This document shows positions 40,805 to 54,177 of a stretch of DNA of 64,000 nucleotides, piece after piece. The position numbers were made by a program, and so were the translations under genes. Within the stretch, counting starts at the first letter, position 1. Each line of letters starts with the position of its first letter. Origin of the DNA: the human T2T-CHM13v2.0 reference genome, Homo sapiens. The stretch lies in NCBI RefSeq assembly GCF_009914755.1, contig NC_060928.1; one strand, given 5' to 3'. The notes beneath the pieces were generated by a model. It was not told the origin of the DNA. It was given only the letters and a program-made list of their open reading frames with translations, and made no database searches.

Positions 40805-40983
40805 CAAAATTCTGAGTCAACGTTTCCTACCATTAAAGTTTCAGCTGCCAGTTCCTTCATTTTGCTCTCCTCTGATCTGAGAACATTAGCAGCAGGAGCA
40901 CCTTTACTCTTAAATTTAGTTTAATGTAAGTACTGCAAGCCCTGCTGGCAAGCCTCAAGGCACAAACTCTGAATGGGGGGTGG

Positions 40984-41048
40984 TCAGAGCTGAATGATAA
41001 AGTGGAAAAAAAGTTATCAGAGCTGAATGATAAAGTGGAAAAAAAAAA
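40984..41048. repeat. Tandem duplication, 33-bp period
   Basis: tcagagctgaatgataaagtggaaaaaaa occurs at 40984 and 41017. Confidence 0.9.
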
Positions 41049-42637
41049 GCATGTTGGAAAAAATATCCCTCAATCAATCTATGTTGGACAGTTTAAGCTT
41101 AGAGTCAGGATGGAAGTTGAACAGGCTTTCTCTTTGTTTCTGAACCCCACATCCTACCTTACCTATGCCCATCGGGAAAGTGAATTTTGTTTCTCAGAAT
41201 CAATACGTGGCCACATAAGGTATTTTGTTTTACACAACAGATAATGTGTGATCTGAATTTTATGACAGAGTTAATATTTTGAATGCAGCAAATATTTAAA
41301 GGGGTCCTGTAACAAATTAGTTTCTTATCTAAGTAATTGCCATCTTTTATGCCTTACAAGTTCAAGCAGGGTTTGCAGTACTTCCATTAAATTAAATACC
41401 TGTAAAGAAAGCCTTTTGGTCTTTGTTAATATGAGTTGCATCATTTTCCTGGTGTTGGTCAGACAGCATTCTCAGTTCCCATGTGAGCTCCAATTTAGAC
41501 TCAACAATGAAGAATGGGACTAGTGCTATGAGGTGACTGACCCAGGCCTGTAGCATAAATGGAGCATATCACCACTAGTTATGGCACCTCCTTAGGGTTC
41601 TCCCAGATCAACATCTCAGGGGAAAACACACAAGATGGTGTGGCTGCAGGAAGGGAAATTGCTCAGGTTCAGGTGAGTAAGAAAGAAGAAGAATGAAAGA
41701 TACCTCTTTGGCTGCTACCAAATGAGCTTAGCCCCAGGAGCTCAGGCTGAATCAGCCTGTTAGGAGGACCCACAGGAACCTCCGCCAGTGCTAGCAAGTG
41801 GGCAGTGCTACAGTGTGGCATCATCGGGTGCTGAGACAAAGATCAAAAGGCCGCCTGAAGCCATTCCACTGTTGGTATTCAGAAGAAATTTGGTGTACTC
41901 TTTGATCTGCTGGTTGGCTCTTGTATCACAGCTACAATCTCTAAGTTTGGCCCCCACATGCAAAGACAAATGAAAATGGAGAAATACAGGATGAAAGGTT
42001 TGAGAGTGCTAGGTCAGGCTGAATGTGTCCCATGGTGTGAGCTTAAATTTTTGGCCCCCAAGTAAAATTCTTCAAAGAGTAACTCTCCTGCCCTCTATCC
42101 CCAGAGATGCCTTTATCAGGAAACACAAAGGAGGGAGACCTACTACTATGTAAATGGAGGCTACTTGGAGAATGACTATGTCTGAGGCTGACCAGTGTCT
42201 GCAGGGTTCAGTCACTTTGGAGTAAAAACTGAGATTAGAGAAATAAAGCCAGTAAACCACAGTAAGCAAGTTTATTATACATCATCACGAGTTCAAAACA
42301 AGTAGGATTTTACTAAAAATCATTCATAAGAATTAAAACTTTTCATATTATCCAAGCTCTTTTACTATGAAAGTTTAATGAAAACTACAGAAGAAATATC
42401 ACTAATTATGCTCCCTAAGTAAAAAAAAAAACATAATTAAGTTTATAAAGAGTCAGTAATAATGTTTATTCTCGGTATCATAATTTTTGGACACTTCTGG
42501 CACTCTCTCATGGGTAGATAGGTTGTTTAGTAAAATAAATAGAAAACACACATTTCCTACCAGCTGACATTGATGGCTAAATCACAAAATCAAGCAGGAA
42601 ATGAGTTTGAAGGCAAGCCATATTTCACGTGACTTAC

Positions 42638-42684
42638 ATTTGCAGATTACTGCTGATGGTCTCTCCAGGCTTATAGACTTCAGC
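42638..42684 (-). other. TTC29: TTC29 non-coding exon 2 (47 nt, 5'UTR)
   Basis: Strong acceptor gcttcctgattttcag|GCTGAAG and donor GCAAAT|gtaagt, located between the CpG island and the first coding exon; no internal ATG. Confidence 0.72.
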
Positions 42685-43315
42685 CTGAAAATCAGGAAGC
42701 AAAGAATAATAGCAAAGAAGAAAAATTTAAAATCATTCAGTAGTGTAACTCCTCTCCCCGCTCCAAGTCATGGAATAAGATTCACTCTTACAACAAATAC
42801 TTCCTACCATCTAAGTTTAGATGAACTTTTAAAGAAAATCCCCAAGTATAGATCCTATGAGAGAAACTAATCACTAAATCAGTGAAATGCCAAAACATCT
42901 GAAATATGTATATGTATTGATGTATTTCAATACAAATGTGACATTAGGGATAACCATTTGTTCTCTCAAATTTACGAGATACAGTTATCTTTGCCAAAAA
43001 CGGAGAGCATCTCAGTTCCCTTTCTGTTCCCACCTAGTTCTCAACAGGACTAAAGGACTTATCCTATGCCTAGTTTTTCACTCCCCTCAGAGGGTCAGGT
43101 GAACTGGGGAGCAAGAGGAACTGGCGCCTTTCCCTACTTCTCTTTCAATTCGTTTATTGAGGTAAGTGGCGAGGGCCTGGACTGAGGAAGCTTGAGAAAG
43201 ACTGATGGAGGAAGGGCTGGCTGTAGGGGTCAGGGAAGGGGCTGCCTGAAGAACAGCCTGCCTCTCCAAGGAGCTGAGGAAGTCCGGTCCCAACCTCGCC
43301 CCTGCCGTCACGAAC

Positions 43316-43485
43316 CTCGGTGCACTGGCCCAGGGAAACAACTCCAGTTTTCCGTTCCGCCGAAGTCAGTCCCCCACCGGCGGCAGGTGCTGGGCGTTGG
43401 CGCTGCCCCCTCCTCTCTCAGTGATTCCGAAGCCTGGCTCCGCCGGAGCGGAGACAGGGGACGCCGAGAGCGTCTCCACGGAAAC
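43316..43485 (-). other. TTC29: TTC29 non-coding exon 1 (TSS approximate)
   Basis: Within the CpG island; candidate donor CCGAG|gttcgt at 43316/43315, alternative CCG|gtgggg at 43378/43377. The TSS cannot be read from sequence. Confidence 0.55.
43472..43485. promoter_or_regulatory. RFX X-box motif
   Basis: GTCTCCACGGAAAC (minus strand GTTTCCGTGGAGAC) fits the 14-bp imperfect palindromic X-box typical of ciliary gene promoters and sits at the inferred TSS. Confidence 0.65.
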
Positions 43486-45399
43486 AGAGAGGCGAGGCAT
43501 GACGGCCGGGGGTGGAGTTAGGCTAAACCGGGCCTCGGGATTGGGGCAGCTCCCAGACTCTTCGGGCTTGGGGGCGGAGTCTGGCGAGGGGTGGAGCTTA
43601 CTGACGGCCGGGCGGGGCCCCCAGATAGCTGAGGCTTTTCAAGCAGGGCTGCTTTCAGAAGTTAGCTCGCTTTTAGGCATTTTCACGTAACCCAAGAGGC
43701 TCGAATTTGCCACTTTCATTTCTTTCGTGGCCTTGCATTCTCAATGCTTTTTCTTCATTTCTCTTTTGTCCACAGGATTGATGGGAAAACGCTGAGCTAG
43801 GCATTCATGATCCCCGTGACCTGAAGCCAATTTATCCATCTAGCTAAGTCATTCATTCTCCTCTTCCTCAGCCTCTCTTGCAGTCAGAACCCACCACAAA
43901 TGCCTTTTCCTGTCATGTCCCCACAGACAATTCAATTTTGAATTGTGGTTCGCTAAATACTCAAGGTCTCTTTCAGAGAATCTCCCTGCATCTGTCCTTA
44001 TTTGTTTTGCATTTTTACCTGAAACTCAGGGTTTTATATTTACACTAAATAAATATCATCGTATTAATCTCGGCCCATCATTCCATCTCTTCTCTCAGAC
44101 ATGAGTGCAAGGAAGTGAAATTCCTTGCTCATTCCCTCATATATATATGGGGCAAGAGAGTGAGGCTTGCCACTTGTTACTTCTAAAATACAGAAGTGCT
44201 GGAAAGTTAGGCTATTGTTCCTTGTCTACTGACACACATTGTAGGAGAACGAGCCAGCGATATTGCTCACACGAATCATTCTATTAACCATAAATCGATT
44301 CTATTTAGAGTACAAGCATATCAACCATAACCACACTTTCATTCTAACATCTCATTTGCTGTAACAAATTACTAAATTATTTCCAAGTATGTTTACATTA
44401 TACATTCAATGAGCACTGTGACTATCTGTAATTGGGCTCCACCCCATCCCCCACACCAGTAAGACTCTCATTCTATTCTCATGAGTTTATTTTCCAGTTT
44501 CAGCATCACCTTAACACACTCCACTGTGACCTGTGTGAATTCTTTTCCAGTCCTTGCTGCTTTTTCTGACTTAGAGTCTGTTTGTGAATTCCATGCACCT
44601 TCCTTTCTCACAGGAGGCTGTCTTAGTTGGCTTTCTAGGTAGTTCCTTCCTGCTTCTTTGGACTTACTTCTCCTACTTGCTGTTTTTTCACTAGAAGTTC
44701 TTTGACTAACTCTCTTTCTCCTTCTGTTTAGCATAGAATTCCTTCAGTTAGAGAACTTTGTTTGCAAGTGACAGAAAACACAAACGGGCTTAAGCAAAAA
44801 AGGAAACTGATGAAAACCAAAGGATGCCAGATTCAGCTGCAACTTTATCTAGAAACTCAGGCCTTTCTGAAAGTTTTGAGGATTCCAGAATACCTCTTCC
44901 TTTCACTACACAGAATTAATTTCTCCTCCTCTCGCCTCCTTTCTCTTAGACCTACCTTGATTTTATCAGTATAACTTTGCATGGTGTTTGGCTTATGGGA
45001 ACCAAACTTGCCTGAAAGATTGTGAGTACCTTGAAAGCAGAGACTTTGTTTTATTGTTTTCTGAATTCCCTTGTACCGTATGCAAGGATTAGTATACAGT
45101 ATGTGCTCAAAAATATTTTTTGAATTAACAGAATGACAGAATAGAGTGGTTTTTCAAACAGATTCTTCCTTGTGTAATTCTTCTCATTGCTTCCTCAATC
45201 TTCTCCACCTAGAATTCTAGGGGGAAGGTCAGGTGACACAACTGATAGTTTGAATGCTATTACTGACATAACAACCTCTAAAGTTTCCTCTTCCAGTCTT
45301 GCTCTGGAGAAATGATTTTAGGTTAGGTCAGCTCCCTAAAGAAGCAAGAGACAATTTTCTAATGGAAGCCAATCCATCTTAACTGCTCCCCATAATTGT

Positions 45400-46530
45400 T
45401 CTCAAAGTGTTTTTGATATCTCAATCATCAATTTCTACAGTAAAATTATTCTGAATCATTCTTGTTTTACTAAACACATCCCCAAGTAACATCTTAGGAA
45501 AGAACATATGAGATAAAATTTTAAGTTCTTTCATGTCTGACAATATCCTTATTTTGCCTACAATCATTTGGTAGGATTGCACATTCTAGATTAACAATCA
45601 TTTCCCTCTGAATTTAGAAGGTATTATTTCACTGTTTTCTAGTATCCAGTGTTTGGGATGAGAAGTCTAGTGGCAATTTTATTGTCCTTCCTTTGTATGT
45701 GATGTAGTAGTAAGATCCATATGCAGTGACAACCACAAATTGACAACCACAAATCTGTGTGGCCTAAAACAACAAAATTTATTGATTGATTACCGTATGT
45801 CACCATCACAAGTCAGCCTTGGGTTTTGCTCCATGCTATGCCACAGCAGAATCAATATGAGAGAACCTTTGCCACCTGGAGGATGGCTGGTCTGTAGCAG
45901 AGAGATCATGAGAGTAAACTGCACATTAGCTTTAAAGGCTTCATCCAAAAGGGTATCCATCACTTTCACATTTCGTTGGCCACAACTGAAGTAGCCATGC
46001 TCAACTTTAAGAAAGCAGGTATGCACGATTTCACCTGTGCCTGAAAGACCAGATTATCCTTTAATAGTCATAATGATGGTCGTAGACTTGGTTTTTCCCC
46101 TCAACACAGGCATTTTTAGGTTACTTTATCCTTTTTGTTCTCAAATTTTATGGTAGAACTCTTCAGCTGAGTACTCACATCCTTCTTCAGATTTAGATAA
46201 TTGTCTTCTATTTTTTAAATTATAATTTCCTTGTCTTGAATTTGTTCTATTATTTCTTTAAGATTCTGTTTAGTGAATGCAGATCCCTAGATTTGTCTTT
46301 TTTATCCTTGATTTTTTAAAAAAGATTTTTATCCTTTTTGCCTTTATATTCTAAAGTCTGTAAGTTTTTGACAATATTGCTTTTTAGTCTTTAATTGATT
46401 TGCTTGTACATAGAAGGAGTCACATTCTTGGTCTTTGAGCGTTCTTGCTTTCTGATTGCTCCTTCTTTATAGACTCTTTTATTAATGTAATATTTTGCAA
46501 TTATCTCTGAATATATTAATTTGTTTTTTA
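45400..46530 (-). mobile_element. Old L1M remnant with nested LTR-like insert at about 45700-46080
   Basis: T-rich antisense L1 motifs (tctttcatgtctgacaatatccttattttgcc, gagaagtctagtggcaattttattg). Confidence 0.5.
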
Positions 46531-46539
46531 AAGTTATCT

Positions 46540-47050
46540 TTTTATTTTTAATTTTTGTGGGTACATAGTAGGTGTATGTATTTATGGAATACATTAATTA
46601 TTTTGATATAGGCATAAAATGTGTAATTATCACATCAGAGTAAATGGGGTACCCATCACGTCAAGCATTTATCCTTTGTGTTATAGACAATCCAACTGAT
46701 ACTCTTATTTTTAAACGTAGAATTAAATTATGATTGACTGCAGTCACTCTGTTATGCTATCAAATACTAGATCTCATTCATTCTTTCTAACTATATTTTT
46801 GTACCCTTTAACCATCCCCACTCCCAACCCCACCCCCTCACTACCTTTCCCAGCCTCTGGTAACCATTCTTCTACTCTCTCTCTCCATGAGTTCAATTGT
46901 TTCAATTTTGAGCTCCCACAAATAAGTGAGAACATGTGAAGTTTATCTTTCGGTGCCTGGCTTATTTCACTTAACATAATTACCTCCAGTTCCATCCATG
47001 TTGTTGCAAATAACAGGATCTCATATTTTTTTATGGTGGAATAGCACCTC
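46540..47050 (-). mobile_element. L1MA/L1PB-type 3' end
   Basis: ORF 46774..47052 YSTIKKYEILLFATTWMELEVIMLSEISQAPKDKLHMFSLICGS corresponds to the L1 ORF2 C-terminus, followed by 3'UTR. Confidence 0.88.
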
Positions 47051-47699
47051 AAAAGTTGCCCTTTTTTTTTTGTTAAATTATCTTTTCTTCCAGGGAAAGT
47101 GTTTCTTTTGTTAATGTTGAAATTTCTGTATTAGGTACCATATTGTATTTGGTTACTCTGTTAATTAGCATTAGGTTCAGCTGTGAGTAACAAACAAACA
47201 AGCAAACTACAGAATAGGAATGACACTCCATGGTGTCAGATTCCTAGTTTCTTCTGTTTTTAGCTTCACTGCACATGGATTGCATTCCCAAGATTGCCTC
47301 ATTGGTGATCCAGCTATTACATCTTATCAAAAGAAAGCCTGCACAGGGATGAGGGGGTCAAATGGGGAACCTAGTGGTTAAATTTTTAACAATGGAAATT
47401 GTGCTATCTAGGCATATTCAGAGAAGACTTAGTAGCCTAAAGTGCAAAGCCCCTATTAAGCATTTACCACTGAGGCATCTTTGCTCAGAAAATTCCCCTT
47501 TCTTGACTGATATAGCTGTTCTTTCCTTGCTTGAAGACACTGCTACTTCTTTGCCTAAGGTGGTTCTCTTGAAGAAAAAATACAATACATTTTTATTTAC
47601 CCAGCCTATCCAGATCTGTCATTAGAAGTGAATTCCATCATGTCCTAGGGGACAATAGTTTAAATATCCAAATCTCAGAAGGCTCTTGTAAACACAGAC

Positions 47700-50050
47700 G
47701 GGCACGCGCATACACACACACAGAGAGAGAAGGATGAATTTGCTAGTTTATATCAGTAAAACTCCAAGGACATTGTTTTCTTTCAGAATAGATTTTTGAG
47801 GATTCTTCAACAAAAAGGTTGGAATACAATATTAGAAAAAATAAATTTGTCAAATGAGTGTGTTTTCCAGAGATTCTAAATTCCACGTGTTATTTTGGGT
47901 GACTAAGTATATTTGACAGTTTTCTGGTTTGGGTAATGCAAACCTTCCCAACTCTAAAGCAAGTTGTGTTGAAAAAAAAAAGTTTAATTTAAAGTCTTTC
48001 AGAAACAGGAATGCTAGCATACATCATTATGTCTTACCTCCTAACTGTGTTCTCTTAAGACCATGTTGAAATTTTCCATTCCTCAAGGATTTGAGATCTA
48101 CAAAGCCAGAGACTTTCTAAGTTCTTTATTATTTTGTTTCCCTTGTTTAACAGCGCTAGTGGGAGATGTTAAACTGAAATGGGCACCTTGACTTCAATGG
48201 AGTGTCAATGTTTCCAGGAAAGAAAGGCTAGATTATCAAATCTCATGGGATATTTGGTGTATTTACCATAAACATACAGGAATGCCATAGTGTTAATTAG
48301 TATGACCTGATCTACAGAGATCTACAATTATGATTAATTGGTTATGACACTGTTAGGAATCAAATAATGGGTAATCTACTTCGAATTTGATTTGTATGAG
48401 AAAAGAGGAAAGTAAAATCTCCTAAATCTGGTAAACAGAGGCCTGACCTGATTTACCGCAATGGAGAGTAGAGAGTACTGGTCTCTGACTATGTTCTAAG
48501 ACTAGATTCATAGCACATTGAATGAAAGCGCTCTGAACCCTGGGGTCCAGAAATAACATCACAAGTGCACACTGTGAATCTTTCTCCTATTTTTTCTCAA
48601 AGGTAACTGTATTTATTTACTTAGGTAACTGCACTGGGGAAAAGATTATATCCAAAACTTTTGGATTGCTCGACATTAGATGTTAACTCTGAGCTAATAC
48701 TAATTTCCAGGGACCCAGAATGAACTTATCAATGGATATCAGGTAAATTAATTTTTTTAATTCTATAATAGACCTAGTAGACTCTGAGCCCATCCTATGG
48801 TTATTCCTCTGAGTGTGTAGATATATGCAAAAAATGGCATAAGTTTTTAGTGGCCATCTAACCTATGGAATAAAGGTTATTATGGTTTAAAAAAGGGGTC
48901 AAAGAAGCTCTGGGTCAGATAATTGAAAGGACTTACTAGACTCTGGTGATGTTTACTCAGAAAGATTTTCTATAAGCAAAGGCTACACAGAATCAGGGAC
49001 AAGAAAGCACAAGGCAACTTCAGGTTGGTCCTGAACATTCAGGTACAACTTCTTTGGTCCTCCCGCTGTCGTGCAGAATGCACTTCATCTTCACAGCAAA
49101 AGTTTACCAAGGGATCTTTTATATTCCACTGATCACATAGCCAAAACCTGTCTACGTATCAGATAACACAGGTGAAGATTACCAATCTGTATTTTTAAAA
49201 AAATGATGCAGACAAGCTAGTACAGAGTGCATTCAAGGGAGCTTCAGGATATAAATAGCATGTTATATATCACTAGCTAGTGCATTTCATTTCTGTCTTG
49301 GCTAAAAGAGAGTACTGTGACTCCAACCATCTTTGGAGATAAACATAAAGCTACCACAGGCCAACTGCAAGCTAACCCCACACTTTCCTACCAAAATAGT
49401 AAATCAAAAGTAATAATCTCCAGGGGAATTTCAGACTTGAATATTTTAGGGGTGATCATTCCTAGCATATTCCTATTTTGTCTCTGAGTTAGCTGAACAA
49501 AATACATGTATCTTGAAAAGGAATATGTTAATCTGATGGTAACTTTAAATGTTCTACTGTTCCTGATACAGCCTTTTTTCCTGGAGCAACCTGATACACA
49601 CCATATACTGTTTCTCCCCTACATTTTGATGAATGGAAAAAAAAAATAGAAGTAATTTGCTTCTATGTAGCAGGGATAGCAGTATACTTTTGTTTTCCAA
49701 CCTTGTAACCCATCAACCCTGCCTCTTTGATGAAATTTAACCCACAGGGACCTAAATTATCTTACCATATTATGCAATAACATGCAGCATCATTGTACTG
49801 ATAGGTATTCTAAAAGACTTGGAAAGCAGGAAATAGCAGGCACCCTACATGTCTTGGTACTATCAATACATGCCAAAATAAATGATATAAATCTTATGAA
49901 AACACAGGAGTCTTTCATCTTAGTGACGGTTTTTGTTTTGTTTTTTATTTTGTTTCACTGTTTGTTTTTGTTTTTGTTTGGTTGGGAAGGAGTGTTACAT
50001 GGAGGGATACTCCAAAATGAAGTATAATTTGTTGAAATTTGCACAACCAG
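47700..50050 (+). mobile_element. Decayed ERVL-type internal sequence (gag/pro/RT part)
   Basis: gtaactgcactggggaaaag...tctgagctaatactaatttccagggacccag resembles ERVL protease (HWGKG...SELTLIPGDP); cagtatacttttg...cacagggaccta resembles RT (QYTF...RDL). Many stops and frameshifts. Confidence 0.7.
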
Positions 50051-50089
50051 GCAAAATGCTTATTTGCCTATCGTTTGGATTTTGGAATC

Positions 50090-50320
50090 TGATATGAATT
50101 AGCTTCTCATAACTTCTGCATTTGCACCCTACCATGAGAATTACTGCAGTTCTTATTTTCTAGCCCCAGGATCTGCCTTGATATCTACCCTTCTCAAGTC
50201 TGGCTTTTCAGCTTTGCAATGATTTTGTGAGCCCCTGATATTATTCCAATGAATTAATTTTTCTAAAGGTCGACAGAGTTGATTTTTATTATTTACAACC
50301 AAAGAATACTAATGTATACA
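50090..50320 (+). mobile_element. ERVL-class LTR 3' fragment
   Basis: Ends cagagttgatttttattatttacaaccaaagaatactaatgtataca. Confidence 0.5.
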
Positions 50321-51108
50321 ATAATTTAGAAAGCATTAGATGATACAAATGAGATAAAATTATTTAAAAAACACAAATTAGTAGCTGTTAATTACAGATA
50401 ATATCAGTTACACAGAACTTTTCAGAATATTACACTTTTTCTAAAGAAGTAGTTGAAGCTCTCAGATTCATTTGATAAATTGCATTAAAGAGCCTACATA
50501 ACAATTACATTAATTTTTCTATTGTTACATAGATATTTTATAAAATTGGTTTAAGAAATTAAGGCCTAAATATTTTATTCATACAGTATCAAATGATGAT
50601 GTGTTGTTGGCCTGGCTGAAAATATTGTAAAATATTTTATGAGTTTCAAACATTTTCCATTTGTATAACAAGTCAGGTAGAGAAGTCAATATTTATCGAT
50701 CTTACATAAACAGTGCACTGCACTAGGTTTTCTAAGGTAAAACAAACAAAAAAAACACATTTGCTTATCGATGCTTGCAAGTAATAACTTTTTACTGAAT
50801 TTTGAGTTGAAAGCCTTTTTATAGATTTCACCTACATATATAACTCTCTTGTAATTGTCATAAGTGTTTTGCTTTTAAAAGAATCTACAAAAATAACTTT
50901 TAAGATCTAATCAAGGAGAGTCAGCAAAGAGTTTTTTAATTATGCATTCCCAAAGTGTCCCTTTGGTAGGATTTTGTAAAATGAAATGGGACTGGCAAAG
51001 GAGAAGCAGCACACTGAGGCCATATAGTCCTCAGGCGGCAATTTTGGAAAGGAGCACATTTGAAAGTCGAAGGTCTGAGAAATGATTTCCTTAAAACTAT
51101 CAACATCT

Positions 51109-51418
51109 GGCAGGGCACAGTAGCTCATGCCTGTAATCCCAGCACTTTGGGAGGCTGAGGCAGGCGGATCACAAGGTCAAGAAATTGAGACCATCCTGGC
51201 CAACATGGTGAAATCCCATCTCTACTAAAAATAAGAAAAAATAGCTGGGCTTGGTGGAGTGCACCTGTAGTCCCAGCTACTCGGGAGGCTGAGGCAGGAA
51301 GGTCACTTGAACCAAGGAGGTGGAGGTTTTAGTGAGCTGAGATGGTGCCACTGCACTCCAGCCTGGTGACAGCGGGAGACTCCGATTCAAAAAACAAAAA
51401 CAAACAAACAAACAAAAA
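51109..51418 (+). mobile_element. AluSc-like element with perfect 15-bp TSD
   Basis: aaaactatcaacatc at 51093-51107 and 51415-51429; gatcacaaggtcaaga and gcctggtgacag are Sc-like. Confidence 0.95.
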
Positions 51419-53789
51419 CTATCAACATCCAAAAAGCTCTGGAAAGCCATCAGAAGCTAGCTTGAAAATCTAGGCTACCTCATATGGCATTTTATGAGCA
51501 TTTCCTTGTTTTTTTTTTTTCCTCAATGTATACAAATCATATTGTTTTTAAATCCAAAGTACACAAAGAATCAGCTTTACTTTATAATTTATCTTATAAA
51601 CATCAGTGGGTATTAAACTTACCAATTTTTTTTTAGCATCTTCATACTTTGGGTCCTGTTTTGGTCCAATTCTGTTGTCTCAGATTGCTAAATCTGCTAA
51701 TTTTTAAAAATAACACTTGAACATGAATATCCAAATATACTTTATTGTTAATTTTACTCATCTTCATCATTTTGTGCCTCTATGTAATTGATAAAATTAC
51801 ATGGGCAATGTTTTCTATAGGTGGAGACAAATATCTACAAAATAATATGCTTCAATAGTTGTCCAAATATATTTAAATCTTAATTATGTGTGTACATTAT
51901 ATCCAGCTACTTATATATGTAACAAATGGCATTCTTAGATATTAAGAGACATGTTAATATTTGTCCAATATAATTAAGAAATGAAGTTCTCATTTTCCAA
52001 GGACAAAAAAGTAACCATGTATATGCAAAGGAAATTCAAAATTTATGAAAAATATATAGAATATAATGATATTTCTTAGAGATTGTTATAAACAAGAGGA
52101 CAAATGTCACATTTGGTAAAATTCTACTATAACTTTCATTATAGTCTCACAGGGAAACAATTTTTACAATAAGGTTATAAATAAAAGCTGAATTAGATAT
52201 AACAGAGAAAAAAATATGGAGTAGCAACCCTAAGTACTGAATTTGAATGTCTAAGTCCATCAGCCCATTCATTATTTCAACCAGCCAGGTACTCTGCTAG
52301 GGTGGGAATATTAAGATAAGCCATGTCCTCAATGAATTCACAGGCTAGAAGTTAAGACAGACAGGCAAAAGAGACAACTATTTATTTGCCTCTAATTTCT
52401 GTGATCTCTTTGCACCAGGAACAGAGAGAACTAGACTGATGTCTTTGTTTTCTTAATAGCCTAAGTCTTAGACCTAAGTCTCCCACCCCACTCCCCAATC
52501 TGTTCCAAATTCTCTCTGCTCCTAATTTCCTATTTAAGACCTTAAACTCACTACCCAGATCTGACTCTTGCTCTTCGGGCACAGATCTCAGACCTTCTTG
52601 GCATTCACCACCCATTAGTTACCTGCCTCCAGTCAGTTTGCATAACTACTGGAAGCAGGTAACTAACTTAGTCCAGTGGAATCTGGCACAGCACAGACCA
52701 TCGTGGCTGATGCTCCTCCATGAATCAGCCCGGTCCCATAGCCACAGTTCCATGTGATAAGCTCTGTACAGATGACATCTCAATTGCTGCCCCAAGGAGG
52801 GGCCATCTAGCTTCCCACGACTGGCTGGAAGTTGAGAGGTAATGGAAGACTTCACAGAGGGAATAATGCTTGTAATGTGATTTTGAGCCTTGAAAAATAA
52901 ATAGAGGTGTGCCAGGTACTGAGGATTGGAATAGAATGGCTTGCTTGATACATGTGAATTCTAGAATGCAAGGGCAGAGAGCTGTGAAAGATAATGCCAG
53001 ACATGAAACAATGTAGCAACATAAAATTTTGAGCTCCAACCAAGACAATAAAAAACTGAACACATCATAACATATTCATTAGTTTAGTTTGAGATTATAA
53101 TTGATATTGATTTTATAGAATTAGTTACAGTCAGGACATGGGAGAACTATGAATGCCCCTCCAGAAGATTAAAATAAAACTCGTTATTTAGAGAAAATAA
53201 AATAAAAAAGTCATTAGTCCTATATGGATAAAATTGGTTATAAGAGTATTCTACAAAGAGCCTTGGTCTACCTGACTCCAAAGCTTTTCTCTTAAATCAC
53301 ACTGCCTTTAATTAACTCCTTTCCTTTTATCCCATGCTCACCAAGCAATCACATAGGTACACATTTTTTTCTCCATGTAGAGATTTCTAAGTGGATGAAA
53401 AGTACATTCTAATTAATGACATAAATATTTAGGCTCTCCTCAAAATTATGTTCTCACTGTAAGTTAATGTAATGACATTTGGTTTTTGTATCAGCATATG
53501 TGAATTTGGTTTCTTTGGGTTAAAGCCTTTACTACCATTGATCACCACTCTGTACTGCAGAGCTTCCGGACCTGCAAAAAGGGGAAACAGATTGGCTAGA
53601 GTGGCCCATCCAGAAAAAGACCATCTTCTGAGGGCCAATTTAGTAACCACTGGCTTCTCTTGATGGTAGCTCTATCTTTACTCTCTTAATTACTGTAGTA
53701 ATTAGAGGGCCATGTGGTTTATTAAAAATTTTTAAGTATTATAGGAACTGTAAGAGAAAATAGAATATTGATGAAACTGCTAGTAACAC

Positions 53790-54177
53790 TCTTAGTCAGT
53801 TTGTGCTGCTATGACAACCACAGACTTGGTAACTTGTAAATAATAGAAATTTATTTGTCACAGTTCTGAAGGCTGGGAAGTCCAAGATACAGATGCCAGC
53901 AGGTTTGGTGTCTGCTGAGGGCACAGTATCTGGTTCCAGAATGGTGCCTTATTGTTGCATTCACCTGAGGGAATGAACACTGTGTCCTCACATGTTGAAA
54001 GAATGGAAGAAAGCACTCCCTCAAGCCCTGTTGTAAGGACCATCATCCCACCATTGGAATGATGACTTGTTCCCTCATGACTTAATCACTTCTTAAAGAC
54101 CCCACCTCTTAATACTATCTCATAGGTGATCAAGTTTCAACATATGAATTTTAGGGGACACATTCAGATCATAGCAA
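53790..54177 (-). mobile_element. MaLR LTR (MST/MLT1A-like)
   Basis: tcttagtcagtttgtgctgctat...cacagttctgaaggctgggaagtccaagat...acattcagatcatagca. Confidence 0.85.

Larger units (their letters stand above)
43280..43630. promoter_or_regulatory. CpG-island promoter of TTC29 with GC boxes
   Basis: The only GC/CpG-dense non-Alu stretch in the window; GC boxes GGGGCGGAG (43571-43579) and GGGCGGGG (43610-43617). Confidence 0.85.

Noticed and set aside
43087-43690. ORFs over the CpG island (84-109 aa)
   Set aside because: GC-rich sequence lacks stop codons by composition; non-ATG starts and no recognisable product.
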